Positions 19,977 to 29,450 of a DNA stretch of 64,000 nucleotides are shown here, piece by piece. The translations under genes and the position numbers were made by a program. The stretch covers positions 10,255 to 74,254 of the forward strand of contig JAZKIP010000004.1 of NCBI GenBank assembly GCA_040384805.1. The letters run 5' to 3'. A model generated the notes under the pieces. It had not been told where the DNA came from and searched no databases. It saw only the letters and a program-made list of their open reading frames with translations. This stretch comes from Patescibacteria group bacterium (GTDB taxonomy: Bacteria > Patescibacteriota > Minisyncoccia > Phycocordibacterales > UBA9973). How positions within the stretch are numbered: position 1 is the first letter of the stretch; each line of letters starts with the position of its first letter.

Positions 19977-20399
19977 TCATCTGTGCTTACCTATAAAACT
20001 GAATAAACCTGAAAGAACGACTTCCTTATCTTTTTCCCTAATAAATTCAACCCAAAAACATACTCTTTTCTTTGCTTTTGTTTTAATTTGCATTTTTAGG
20101 TCAATTGCCTGGTGGGTGAATATCTTGTTCTCGAAATCCTCATTTATGCTCATATTCCACCAACTTTCGAGTTCAACGATAGGCATTTCAGGGTCTTTAG
20201 CCGCTATTTTGGGAATTATCGATCGAAGTAATCCTAAAAAATAATGCCCAGGAATCTGATACGTGTCGTTAATCTTGAGACTCTTTAAACTTAGATCAGC
20301 ATATTCACAATAAGTTTTTAATTTAGAAACAGTTATACCTTCAATATAAAACTCGAAAGTGTGCTGATCCTCCACAAGACATGATTGAATTTTTCCCAT
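19977..20399 (-). CDS. hypothetical protein (possible hot-dog fold)
   Basis: 140-aa AT-rich ORF; fold guess is weak. Confidence 0.5.
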   Translation of the reverse strand: MGKIQSCLVEDQHTFEFYIEGITVSKLKTYCEYADLSLKSLKINDTYQIPGHYFLGLLRSIIPKIAAKDPEMPIVELESWWNMSINEDFENKIFTHQAIDLKMQIKTKAKKRVCFWVEFIREKDKEVVLSGLFSFIGKHR

Positions 20400-20500
20400 C
20401 TTTACGCATTTTAAAATTTAACAGGTTTGTTTACTTAATTAAAATTATAACAAGAAATAGGTTATAGTCAAGGAGTTCTATACTGAGATACAAAGCTATT

Positions 20501-21076
20501 TTATTTCCTGCCCAATATTTTAAGCGCCTCCTTGATGCGTGCATTGGTCCCTTCGATTTCGGACGAAATCTGCTTGAGAACATCGCGAGCCTCGTTCTGC
20601 GAGTAGCCGAGCGATTTGAGAGCTTCGACGACATCGCTTTCCCCGCGAAGGCTTGAAGAGCCCTCTTCGCCCTTGTGCGCCTGTAATTTATCGCGCAGTT
20701 CGATGACGATTTTCTCTGCGGTTTTGCGGCCGATACCGGAGACTTTCGTCAGATAGCTCGTGTCTCCCGTCGCGATCGCTTTCTTCAGAGTATCAATAGG
20801 CGCGACAGTCAGAATTGAAAGGGCCGATCGGGGGCCGATGCCTGAGACATCCAAGAGGAGCTCGAAGAACATTTCTTCATCTATTGTTCTGAATCCATAA
20901 AGATCGAGGGTATCTTCCCGTACGGCAGTATATGTCCAGAAAGACCCTACATCTCCGAGTCCATATGAAGAAATCGTATCGATACTCACGTATACTTTGT
21001 AGCCGACGCCTTTGACATCGACAATGATAAATTTCTCGGTGGTTAACACGATAGTTCCTTCTATGCGGGCAATCAT
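20501..21076 (-). CDS. ruvA: Holliday junction branch migration protein RuvA
   Basis: MIARIEG, GVGY, VREDTLDLYGF, VSGIGPRSAL, GIGRKTAEKI, ALKSLGY. Confidence 0.97.
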   Translation of the reverse strand: MIARIEGTIVLTTEKFIIVDVKGVGYKVYVSIDTISSYGLGDVGSFWTYTAVREDTLDLYGFRTIDEEMFFELLLDVSGIGPRSALSILTVAPIDTLKKAIATGDTSYLTKVSGIGRKTAEKIVIELRDKLQAHKGEEGSSSLRGESDVVEALKSLGYSQNEARDVLKQISSEIEGTNARIKEALKILGRK

Positions 21077-21239
21077 TGTTCTATTATACTTGATAACCCT
21101 TGAATGCGACAGCGTATTTACAAAGCGCTTTTTCGGTGCTATTATGGATCCATTCATCCATATCAGTGTCTCGGTATATATGAATTTCCACATCTCATTT
21201 TAGTAATCATTAATTAGTAATCCGTAATTACGAAGTATC

Positions 21240-21494
21240 ATGCCAATCACAAAATCAGCAAAAAAGGCTCTCCGAGGATCAGCCCGCAAGAAGACTATGA
21301 ATGATCGCAACAAGAAGCTCGTGAAGGAATCAATCAAGAAGATCGAAAAGCTCGTCAAGGACAAGAACAAGGACGAAGCAAAGAAGCTTCTCTCGCAAGC
21401 CTACAGTGCGATCGATAAGGCCGCAAAAAAGGGAGTATATAAGAAAAATAACGCATCCCGCAAGAAGGCCCGGCTTTCCAAGATCACAAAGTAA
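21240..21494 (+). CDS. rpsT: 30S ribosomal protein S20
   Basis: MPITKSAKKALR...IDKAAKKGVYKKNNASRKKARL. Confidence 0.97.
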   Translation: MPITKSAKKALRGSARKKTMNDRNKKLVKESIKKIEKLVKDKNKDEAKKLLSQAYSAIDKAAKKGVYKKNNASRKKARLSKITK

Positions 21495-21538
21495 ATAAAA
21501 ATCCTCTCTGGCCCAAGTCAGAGAGGATTTTTATTTAC

Positions 21539-21817
21539 TTAATTTTGATCTTTCTTTGAAAGACGCTCTGCTAAATCGTTAAATTCTTTTTTTAATATAG
21601 AATCTATCTCTTGCACTTTTCCGTATTCCGGAATGTCATGATTCATATTTTGCATCAAGGCTGTAATTTTAGCGCTGAACTCGTAATATCCTCTCAGTTT
21701 CGGATCATCAAGGGATAGAGCCGAGCGCATTTCATTTTGGATCTCAGCAAAGGCTTCTTCTAATTGAGATGCACTCTCCTCATTGCTTTTAATAGGGAAA
21801 GTAATTGTTTCTTTCAT
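21539..21817 (-). CDS. hypothetical protein
   Basis: ORF from MKETITF, converging on the rpsT terminator hairpin. Confidence 0.55.
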   Translation of the reverse strand: MKETITFPIKSNEESASQLEEAFAEIQNEMRSALSLDDPKLRGYYEFSAKITALMQNMNHDIPEYGKVQEIDSILKKEFNDLAERLSKKDQN

Positions 21818-21870
21818 GTATATATCGTATCGCATTTTGCCATATAACACCCTGCGGGTATAATAGGGTA

Positions 21871-22146
21871 ATGAATTCAACAAAGGACCTACTTTTCTTT
21901 TACGGACGTGAATGTCCTCATTGCAAGCGTATGGAGAAGCATGTCGACAAGCTTGCCGCCGAGGGAATCCATATCGAGAAAATCGAGATTTGGCATAATA
22001 AAGACAACGAAGAAATGATGGTCAAGCTCGACTGCGAAGACGAGCCCTGCGGCGGTGTGCCATTCTTCCTCAATCAGAAAACTCACAAGACTGTTTGCGG
22101 GGAAGTGCCATTCAGAGACCTCAAAGCCTGGGCAGAGGGGAAGTAA
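21871..22146 (+). CDS. thioredoxin/glutaredoxin-like protein
   Basis: CPHC active site and GGVPFF cis-Pro motif. Confidence 0.88.
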   Translation: MNSTKDLLFFYGRECPHCKRMEKHVDKLAAEGIHIEKIEIWHNKDNEEMMVKLDCEDEPCGGVPFFLNQKTHKTVCGEVPFRDLKAWAEGK

Positions 22147-22176
22147 CAACCTTCTTTTTAGCTTATACCATAGTTA

Positions 22177-22216
22177 AATCTAAACAATTATAGCGATCGC
22201 TATAATTGTTTAGATT
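22177..22216. repeat. perfect 40-bp palindrome
   Basis: AATCTAAACAATTATAGCGA|TCGCTATAATTGTTTAGATT. Confidence 0.9.
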
Positions 22217-22288
22217 AGATAGAGTAATAATTTCCTCCTTTTCGTTCCCTTGCTAATATGACCCTTATAGTATAGATTGGTAAAACAT

Positions 22289-22363
22289 GGTCCCGTCGTT
22301 CAATGGATAGGACGTAACTTTGCGGAAGTTATGATGCAGGTTCGATTCCTGCCGGGATCACCA
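22289..22363 (+). tRNA. tRNA-Arg(GCG)
   Basis: GGTCCCG/CGGGATC acceptor, stem TAACT/AGTTA with loop TTGCGGA, GGTTCGATTCC, encoded CCA. Confidence 0.93.
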
Positions 22364-23973
22364 AAAACAAAACTTCGGTCTTCAAGAACCCTGAAGCCAT
22401 TTCTGCATTGATAAGCTAGGGTGTCGTGGGAAAACCTGATTTCGGAAAATACCTTCGTGATGATTTGCTGCTTTTCGCTAGGGTTTGCCAATTTATAGTA
22501 TAGATACGCATCCCTGAGGATTTCGGAAAGTTTTACAAGGTCTTTTACGACTTGGTTCAATGGGATATCCGCGCTGTCTTCTTTATTCGCTATTTCCTCT
22601 AACTTTTTTTCTAAGCGCATCTCTTCATTTATGTAATCCTGAGGAGTAAAAACACCGCTCTTCAGTAGGGTAAGTTTATTCATCTGCAGGTACTGGATTT
22701 CTTCCTGAGTTTTCCTTTTCTCCCTCTCTATTTCGACAGCTTCTTTCTTTCGGCGTTCTTCTAAGATAGATAATACTGTTTTAATCCGAGAATCAATCTC
22801 CCGGAGTTCGTCTTCGCTGTAAAAAAGCTGGGATATTTTTTCACCGATAGTATCCTCGATAAAAGCAGAGTTAATACTTCTAAGCGTGTTAGAACAACCA
22901 AAACAACAACGGCTCCCGTAATAATGAATTCCTTTCTTTTCATAGGGCGTATAAACTCTGTTGCAATGGAAACACCTTACGATACCTCGATAGGGGAAGT
23001 AAATCTTATCAGTGTAGTGTACGCTGACGTTCTTCTTCGCAAGTATGCTTTCAGCTCTATAAAAGAGTACTGGGTCAATAATCGGTGCATGGCTTTTGCT
23101 CGGAACCCATTTCCTGCCATTACCTCTTATCTCACCAATATAAAAGCGATTCCTCAGAATCCAGTGGATATGGTTGAAGGTGATAGGCCTGCATACTTTA
23201 TCGATAACTAGTTCTTTGTTTGAAAGCATTTCTTTCAAGCTCCTCTTTCGTCTTACGGCAGGCATCGTGAGACCCTGTTCGTTCGCCCACTTTGCAAGGT
23301 CTATCAGGCTCCACGTTCCCTCAACATACTTTTCAAAGATTTGCTTTATAATTGGAGCTCGTTCCGGGTCGAAGGGTTTATAATAAGGATTTCCCTGATT
23401 AAGGTAGCCGATAGGTGCACGATAGGTACAAATACCCTCATCTCTTAATTTTGTCAGTGCGAAGCGTATCTTTTCGCTTGTAACCCGTGAATGGTGTTCG
23501 GCGAATACTCCGTCAATATCCCGATAAAGCTCGCCTCCAGAATTATTCTCGTAACGAACTAAGACAAAATGCACATCGCTCCCTTGCTTCATAAGTTTAT
23601 TAAGAATACTGTTATCGCTTTTATTACGGCTTATTCTGTCCCAGCAGAGGGCTATAACGCCTCTAATAGCGCTATCATTCATTAGCTGTGTAAGCTTATG
23701 GAACTTGGGCCGCTCTGTATAGTATTGAACCGAACCGTCATCGCGAATCGTTAAGTCCTTATCTTCCTTGAAACCTGTATGCTTTTCTATGATAAATCCC
23801 GATTCGCAAAATCCTTCGATATTCATTGAGGCGATAGGGAGGTTTGCCGATTTAACGTACTTGAGAATCTCCTTCTTTTGGTACTCAATGGAATTCTGCT
23901 GACTATCGGAATCATCCGTACTACGACGAATGTAAACGAGGTACTTATCTTTGTATGGTAACTCTTGACGCAT
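22300..23973 (-). CDS. large serine recombinase (integrase)
   Basis: YIRRST catalytic motif, DRISRN, APIGY recombinase domain, CFHC zinc ribbon, coiled coil. Confidence 0.93.
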   Translation of the reverse strand: MRQELPYKDKYLVYIRRSTDDSDSQQNSIEYQKKEILKYVKSANLPIASMNIEGFCESGFIIEKHTGFKEDKDLTIRDDGSVQYYTERPKFHKLTQLMNDSAIRGVIALCWDRISRNKSDNSILNKLMKQGSDVHFVLVRYENNSGGELYRDIDGVFAEHHSRVTSEKIRFALTKLRDEGICTYRAPIGYLNQGNPYYKPFDPERAPIIKQIFEKYVEGTWSLIDLAKWANEQGLTMPAVRRKRSLKEMLSNKELVIDKVCRPITFNHIHWILRNRFYIGEIRGNGRKWVPSKSHAPIIDPVLFYRAESILAKKNVSVHYTDKIYFPYRGIVRCFHCNRVYTPYEKKGIHYYGSRCCFGCSNTLRSINSAFIEDTIGEKISQLFYSEDELREIDSRIKTVLSILEERRKKEAVEIEREKRKTQEEIQYLQMNKLTLLKSGVFTPQDYINEEMRLEKKLEEIANKEDSADIPLNQVVKDLVKLSEILRDAYLYYKLANPSEKQQIITKVFSEIRFSHDTLAYQCRNGFRVLEDRSFVFGDPGRNRTCIITSAKLRPIH

Positions 23974-23988
23974 ATAAATTATTATGTC

Positions 23989-24156
23989 TTAATTTTTAAC
24001 TTTTTGCAAAAATCTTTTCCTCTCATCATCAATTGATACTCCTTCAGCGACCAATCGGAGCCGTATTTTCTGCAAGATATCAGTAAAACCGGAGATATTT
24101 TCTATCTCCTCATCTGAAAATATATTCGGTGTTTGATTGTCTGAATCAGTATCCAT
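23989..24156 (-). CDS. small protein immediately upstream of the recombinase
   Basis: 55-aa ORF MDTDSDNQ...ENISGFTDILQKIRLRL, ending 15 nt before the recombinase start. Confidence 0.6.
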   Translation of the reverse strand: MDTDSDNQTPNIFSDEEIENISGFTDILQKIRLRLVAEGVSIDDERKRFLQKVKN

Positions 24157-24282
24157 AATCAAACCTCGAGTTTTAACCGCCGGCGGTTCTTGTGGGTACA
24201 ACCAGACGGTTAATCTCAAAAGGTATGATATGAGAATATCAAAAGACCACCCGAACGAGGGTTACACTAATTTCCTATTAAA

Positions 24283-25540
24283 CTATTTATCAGAAAATCG
24301 CCTTTTAATTCTATGGTTTCTTGTCTTTAGAGTTTGAGCTTTTCTTTTTAACTTATCTTTATATGTATTATCAGGAAAAATTTCTTCATTAGGGTCAAGT
24401 ATTTTGTCAGCGATGTCTTTAAAACTTTCCCCCTTGTCCGCTCTCTGTTTAATACTTAAATCAGTCGCAATGAGAGTCTTCTTGCGACGTCTCTTGTTTT
24501 TCTTTTCATTAAGATTTTTAACTAGTTGATTATATGCAGAGAGGAGATACCTCGGAATTTTCCCTTTTAATGGTAAAGAATTGGTTAGACGGAAAAATCG
24601 CTTCGCAGCATCTTTTTCTTCTGTTGTGTATGAATGCGTGAAGCCTTGAAAAGCATCTATTGCTGTAGGCATATAAAAAACATCCTTTAATTCTAAAATT
24701 TCGCCATAAAGTATATATGGCTCTATCGCTAGATTTTTCAACAAACTCTGTTTTTGTTCAAGTATAACCTTCAATGAAGCATGCTTTTCAAGCAGAAAAT
24801 TGAGATAAGTTGTATATTCCATATCGAATGCTGAACCATCAGGAACTTTATCTGTTGTGAATATTATCTGCGATGCAACGAATTTCTTATTGTATTCCAA
24901 TATCTCTATTGGTTGGATAGGTTCTTGCGTTTCGCTCAAACCAAATGTAGGTTGATGAAATACAAGATTAGCGTTAAGAAGAGAGACTGCTTTAATAAGA
25001 GTATCTTTTTCTTTTTTTAACAAAATTATATTTTCTTGAGTCTTATCGTTTAGTAAAATCCTATAGTTTTTAAGTAGAGTATCAGCACTTTTACTTAATT
25101 TTTGTTGGCAGTAAATACAGTTATCATCCGTTTCGGGATAATCTGGTTTGTTAATTATTTTTATATATTCTTCCGCTGATTTAATAAAAGAACTAAATTC
25201 TTCGGTATTATAAAATTTAATCTCATTAGTTTCTGCTATCTCTTTAATTCCGGTCTGGGCCTTACTCTCAAGAATCGCAATCTGTTTATTCAAGGTGATA
25301 ATTGTTTGCCATTTTTCGTTTGTTAGAGTTGTTTGTGCCGTTCTCATTTTACCACCCTGTACAGTAATTTCTGACATTGATGCTATCAGATTTTGAATCT
25401 CCGTTTCTAGTAAAGTTCTATTTAGGTCAGTCAATTCTTTTTGAATATCTTTCAGTTCTTTGGCTTGAACGTCAGTATTGGTAGTGATAACTAGATTAAA
25501 AATTGAAAGTCCGATATGGACTGAAGGTTTATCTGCTAAA
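24283..25540 (-). pseudogene. truncated/chimeric ORF: SMC/RloC-like coiled-coil with zinc hook joined to an unrelated C-terminus
   Basis: CIYCQQKL within coiled coil; frame open upstream of 25434 with no ATG; no Walker A/B motifs. Confidence 0.5.
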
Positions 25541-25699
25541 TAATTTCATTTCTCCGATACTTATTTTAACTAACGGATACCATTTACTCATTTCTGAAAT
25601 CCAAGTGCTAGGCTCACACAGTCGTGCGCAGTACGAGGAGCTTAAAAACCACCTGTTCAAGTGGTTTTTAATTTAATCTCATGTAAAACTTAATAAGTC

Positions 25700-27898
25700 T
25701 TAAGAAGACTTCTCTAATTTATTTTTTAGATCCATCCACTCTTTATGGAGTGTTTCTAAGTGTTTTGGAACTTTTTTATCGATAATTGTTTGCAATTCAT
25801 TCCTAAGATTGGCAAAAATTTCCTTTGATGTACCTTCAGTATATCGTTGATTGCCAACTAATTTACCCACTTCAGAATTTGTATTGTTAGAAGAGATATA
25901 AAATCGATTTTTCTTTTGCAACTCAGAAATTGTCTTATCTATTTCATCAATTTTTGCTTGCAGTTTTTTTATGCCTTCTAATTTTTCTAAGTCAGATTCC
26001 CATTTAGTCAAAGCACTACCCTTTCCCAAAAAACCGGCCTTTGGTTTTAGTGCATTATGTCTTGAAATTGAATAATCAATATAAGCAGGAGAAATATTTA
26101 GGTTGGAAAAATTTGATTCAAGGAGTTTTAGTTTATCTTTTTTTGTTTGTCTTTCGATGTTTTGTGTTTTTATTTCTGCATCTACCGAAGGTACTTCAAT
26201 CATATTCCCATTTAAAATGATCTTTTCTTGAGGTAGCGTTGCTTCCAAGCTCGTAAGTTCAACAAGTAAATCTTCTGCATTCTTTCTATCTTGTTCAATT
26301 TTAGCAATAGCAGATCCTATTCTGTAGACATTATCCGCAGCAAAATTTTCTTTTGTTTTTTCTTCCTGCAACTCTTTTTGTTTTAAGGCTACATCTACTG
26401 CTAGTTGTAGTTTTTCAGAAACTTTCTGTTTCATGTAATTAATTTTTTTAATTTTCTCATCAAGATACGCGATCGCATCTGAATACGATCTTGATTTATT
26501 AGCCTCTATGAGTTCATTGATCGGTTTTTTTGCTGAATCACTATAATTTCCATTTATAGCTTTACTGACAGAGAGTTTAAATGCAGTATTAGAATAATCA
26601 GGTCTGCCTATATCAAGACGAAGTTCTGATATTTGATCCTTGCCATTAGTTCCTCTAAGAAGACTTTTTATACCATCTTCTGTATTCAAAGCACGTATTA
26701 CTTCAATAAATTTCTCTAGTTTCACTTTCTGTTTTTTAATTGCTTCTTTTACAGAAACAAAGTTAAACGTCGGAGGAAAAGAAGTTACATCTTTCAGGCT
26801 TTCTTGTAGCGTTTTCACGTATTCAGGTGACATAAGACTTATATAATCCTCATAATTACCACCATAACCTGTAGCATATTCAGGATTGAAGTCTATACCT
26901 TTTGCTTTAAACATTTCAGATTTCTCTTTCATAAGATCTCTGAAATGTTGCTGTAAATTCTCGAATTCCTTCATTGCGTCTCGAGCTTCTGAACCTTCTT
27001 TAGGACTCCCAGACTGCAACTGTTCTTTTAAATCTTGGCTATACTCACGACCATCATCAAATCTTCGGAATTGTTTATTTGTCTGATTCTCGTATGCTTT
27101 TTTCAAAGCTAACTGTGCAACTTCTTTGCCATACATTGCTTCGACTTCATTGAAACTTTGGGGAAATAGTTGAATTTCAGAGGTCCGATTAAAAGTCACA
27201 GTATCATTATTTAACACAATCGCATACTCATGATAGTTGTCGTTCTTGATTGTTAGTTTGCATTCTTTATTCTGTGCGTTACCTTCAAGTGATTGTTTTG
27301 GTATTTCATTCTCGAATGTTTCGGCAATACCATCAACTACTTCAATGTTGCCCTCTGGTGTTTTTAACTTTTCTGTATTAAGCTCAATTTCTATCTCTTG
27401 CAGTTTTTTATTTAACGCTTCTTCTGCTAATTCATATGTAAAATCATTATCATTTGGCATGACTTCAAGATCAATCAGCATTTTATGCAGCTTTGTCTCC
27501 ATTTCTTCAAATTCTGATTCATCTTCTAAGGCTTTTTTATATAGAATAACATCTTGATCCTCTTTGAATTCAGGATGATCTATAAAAGAATCAACACTTT
27601 TAATACCTTTTGTTTCTTCAAGTACATCTTTAAATTCAGCAAAACTTTCCGTCACAGGTTTTTTTCCTTTCTCGACAGAATCTTTCTTACCAGCTTTATA
27701 AGATTTCATTGTTAACTTATCAGAAGTATTATCTGCGAGTGTATTCCTTATTAAAAGCAATCTATTTTTTAGTACATTTATTTCTTTAATTTTAGCTCTA
27801 GTTGGCTCAAGCACAGCATCTTCCTTTGCTTTCTGCTCTGTAATCTTATTTTCGATAGCCTCGGTTTTTAAGTTAGTTAGTTTATCTTTTAATGCCAT
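25700..27898 (-). CDS. large Lys/Glu-rich coiled-coil hypothetical protein
   Basis: About 730-aa ORF from MALKDK; AT-rich island cargo. Confidence 0.8.
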   Translation of the reverse strand: MALKDKLTNLKTEAIENKITEQKAKEDAVLEPTRAKIKEINVLKNRLLLIRNTLADNTSDKLTMKSYKAGKKDSVEKGKKPVTESFAEFKDVLEETKGIKSVDSFIDHPEFKEDQDVILYKKALEDESEFEEMETKLHKMLIDLEVMPNDNDFTYELAEEALNKKLQEIEIELNTEKLKTPEGNIEVVDGIAETFENEIPKQSLEGNAQNKECKLTIKNDNYHEYAIVLNNDTVTFNRTSEIQLFPQSFNEVEAMYGKEVAQLALKKAYENQTNKQFRRFDDGREYSQDLKEQLQSGSPKEGSEARDAMKEFENLQQHFRDLMKEKSEMFKAKGIDFNPEYATGYGGNYEDYISLMSPEYVKTLQESLKDVTSFPPTFNFVSVKEAIKKQKVKLEKFIEVIRALNTEDGIKSLLRGTNGKDQISELRLDIGRPDYSNTAFKLSVSKAINGNYSDSAKKPINELIEANKSRSYSDAIAYLDEKIKKINYMKQKVSEKLQLAVDVALKQKELQEEKTKENFAADNVYRIGSAIAKIEQDRKNAEDLLVELTSLEATLPQEKIILNGNMIEVPSVDAEIKTQNIERQTKKDKLKLLESNFSNLNISPAYIDYSISRHNALKPKAGFLGKGSALTKWESDLEKLEGIKKLQAKIDEIDKTISELQKKNRFYISSNNTNSEVGKLVGNQRYTEGTSKEIFANLRNELQTIIDKKVPKHLETLHKEWMDLKNKLEKSS

Positions 27899-28419
27899 AT
27901 AGTTTATTATATTTGTTTTATATAGTAATGTACATAACATTATATAATTTATAAGTAATTTGTCAAATAAAATATTATTTCTTGGAATTTATACCCACCA
28001 GTCCAGTTTTATGTAGCTGCATGAAGGGGTTCAAAGTGATATACTGAAACCAGTAGAAATAACCTTACGTGGTAATGAACCAAGAAGTTCTATCACGATC
28101 AGCATCACCCGTTAGAAAAAGAGCTGCTCGATAAGAGTGGCCTTTTTCTTTTGGTGATTCCGAAGAAGATACCTGTGTATCTTCTGTGCAGGAATCGAAG
28201 ACCTTTTCCATATGAATTTATGAATGGAAAAGGTTTACTGGTCATGTAGTGACCGATACGCGTACTCGCGGTCCTGCCGGGATCACATTTTTGGACAAAG
28301 AGAGGTTTATTCGAACTCATTTAATGGAGAAAGCAACCAGTATCATCTTAGTTGAGGGTTAAACTCATTCTGTTAGGTAAGTCTATGTATTATAGATACT
28401 ATCTGATATTCATATATAT

Positions 28420-29115
28420 ATGAATCTTGAAAGGCAATTCAGCCTAAATAATAAGGCATCAAATCACTTAGAAAAAGGCATTAATCCTATCACGGTTTGT
28501 ATTGGCGATAATTCTAATCATGATATTGATTATTTGTTTACTAAATTCAAGGAAAATAAAAAAACTCAGAATATAAAATACGCAGCATCAAGCGATTATT
28601 ACAAGAAGGAAAATATAATAATTGATTTATCTGGTTATGCAATATCGGAAGGTAATGAAAAAAATAAGTATTCTGAAGAGTATTATAATTGTATTGGAAT
28701 GGCAATAATTGGAATTGATAAAAAAACTAATAAAAATATATCTATTTTAACTCATAAATTTCCTGCTGTTTTCTTGCAGTCGGATAGTCTTGAGAAAAAT
28801 TTTATAACGCAACTCAAAGATCTTGTGTCTCGTTGTAAGCTAGGGACACTTGATGCAGTGATTTTTGGAGGAGATAAAAGTGATGGCAATAGTTTAAAGG
28901 AATACCTAGAAGCAATAAATACTATCAATAAAATATCGAAACCAATTTTAGGATTTGAGCCTACTATTTCTGCCGCGCCAAAATATGACGGAGAAACTAG
29001 TGTTTATTTGGATACAGAAAATCGACGCCTATATGTGAATATCCCTTTCCATAAAGATTCAAAAATTTACGATGATTCGAAACCTTCCGAGATAGAAAAA
29101 GAGTTAGACAAATAA
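28420..29115 (+). CDS. hypothetical protein with CheD-like Cys...His motif
   Basis: YYNCIGMAIIG...ISILTHKFP...DAVIFGG; homologous segment in 61246-63036. Confidence 0.7.
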   Translation: MNLERQFSLNNKASNHLEKGINPITVCIGDNSNHDIDYLFTKFKENKKTQNIKYAASSDYYKKENIIIDLSGYAISEGNEKNKYSEEYYNCIGMAIIGIDKKTNKNISILTHKFPAVFLQSDSLEKNFITQLKDLVSRCKLGTLDAVIFGGDKSDGNSLKEYLEAINTINKISKPILGFEPTISAAPKYDGETSVYLDTENRRLYVNIPFHKDSKIYDDSKPSEIEKELDK

Positions 29116-29450
29116 TATCTAACTACCTGATTAAATTACTTTCCTCCAAACTTGTATAACAATTTTCAAAATTAGTTCTCTGTATAGAAATCACCATTGA
29201 GATAGTATTTGAGTAATGTACGGTCTTGATCACAAAGCGCAAAAGAGTTCTGCAGGGAGTTCTTTTGCGCTTTGTGATGATAACAGCGCGGTTTTGCGAA
29301 TACGCAAAACCGCGAGGGGCGGGCCGCCGAAAATTCCGTATCGACGGCGAGGAGTTATTTGTAGCCACACGTTGATCTGTAAGGATCAATATGAGTATTC
29401 GCGGTCCTAAAATCACATTTTAATACGAGATTCTAATAACCGAAAGATAT

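Larger units (their letters stand above)
22347..28286. mobile_element. about 5.9-kb integrative island in tRNA-Arg
   Basis: 15-bp direct repeat TCCTGCCGGGATCAC at 22347-22361 (tRNA 3' end) and 28272-28286; serine recombinase at one end; AT-rich cargo. Confidence 0.85.

Noticed and set aside
29123-29416. ORFs on both strands over the second hairpin module
   Set aside because: Non-ATG or short ORFs explained by palindromic GC-rich sequence; no recognisable protein features.
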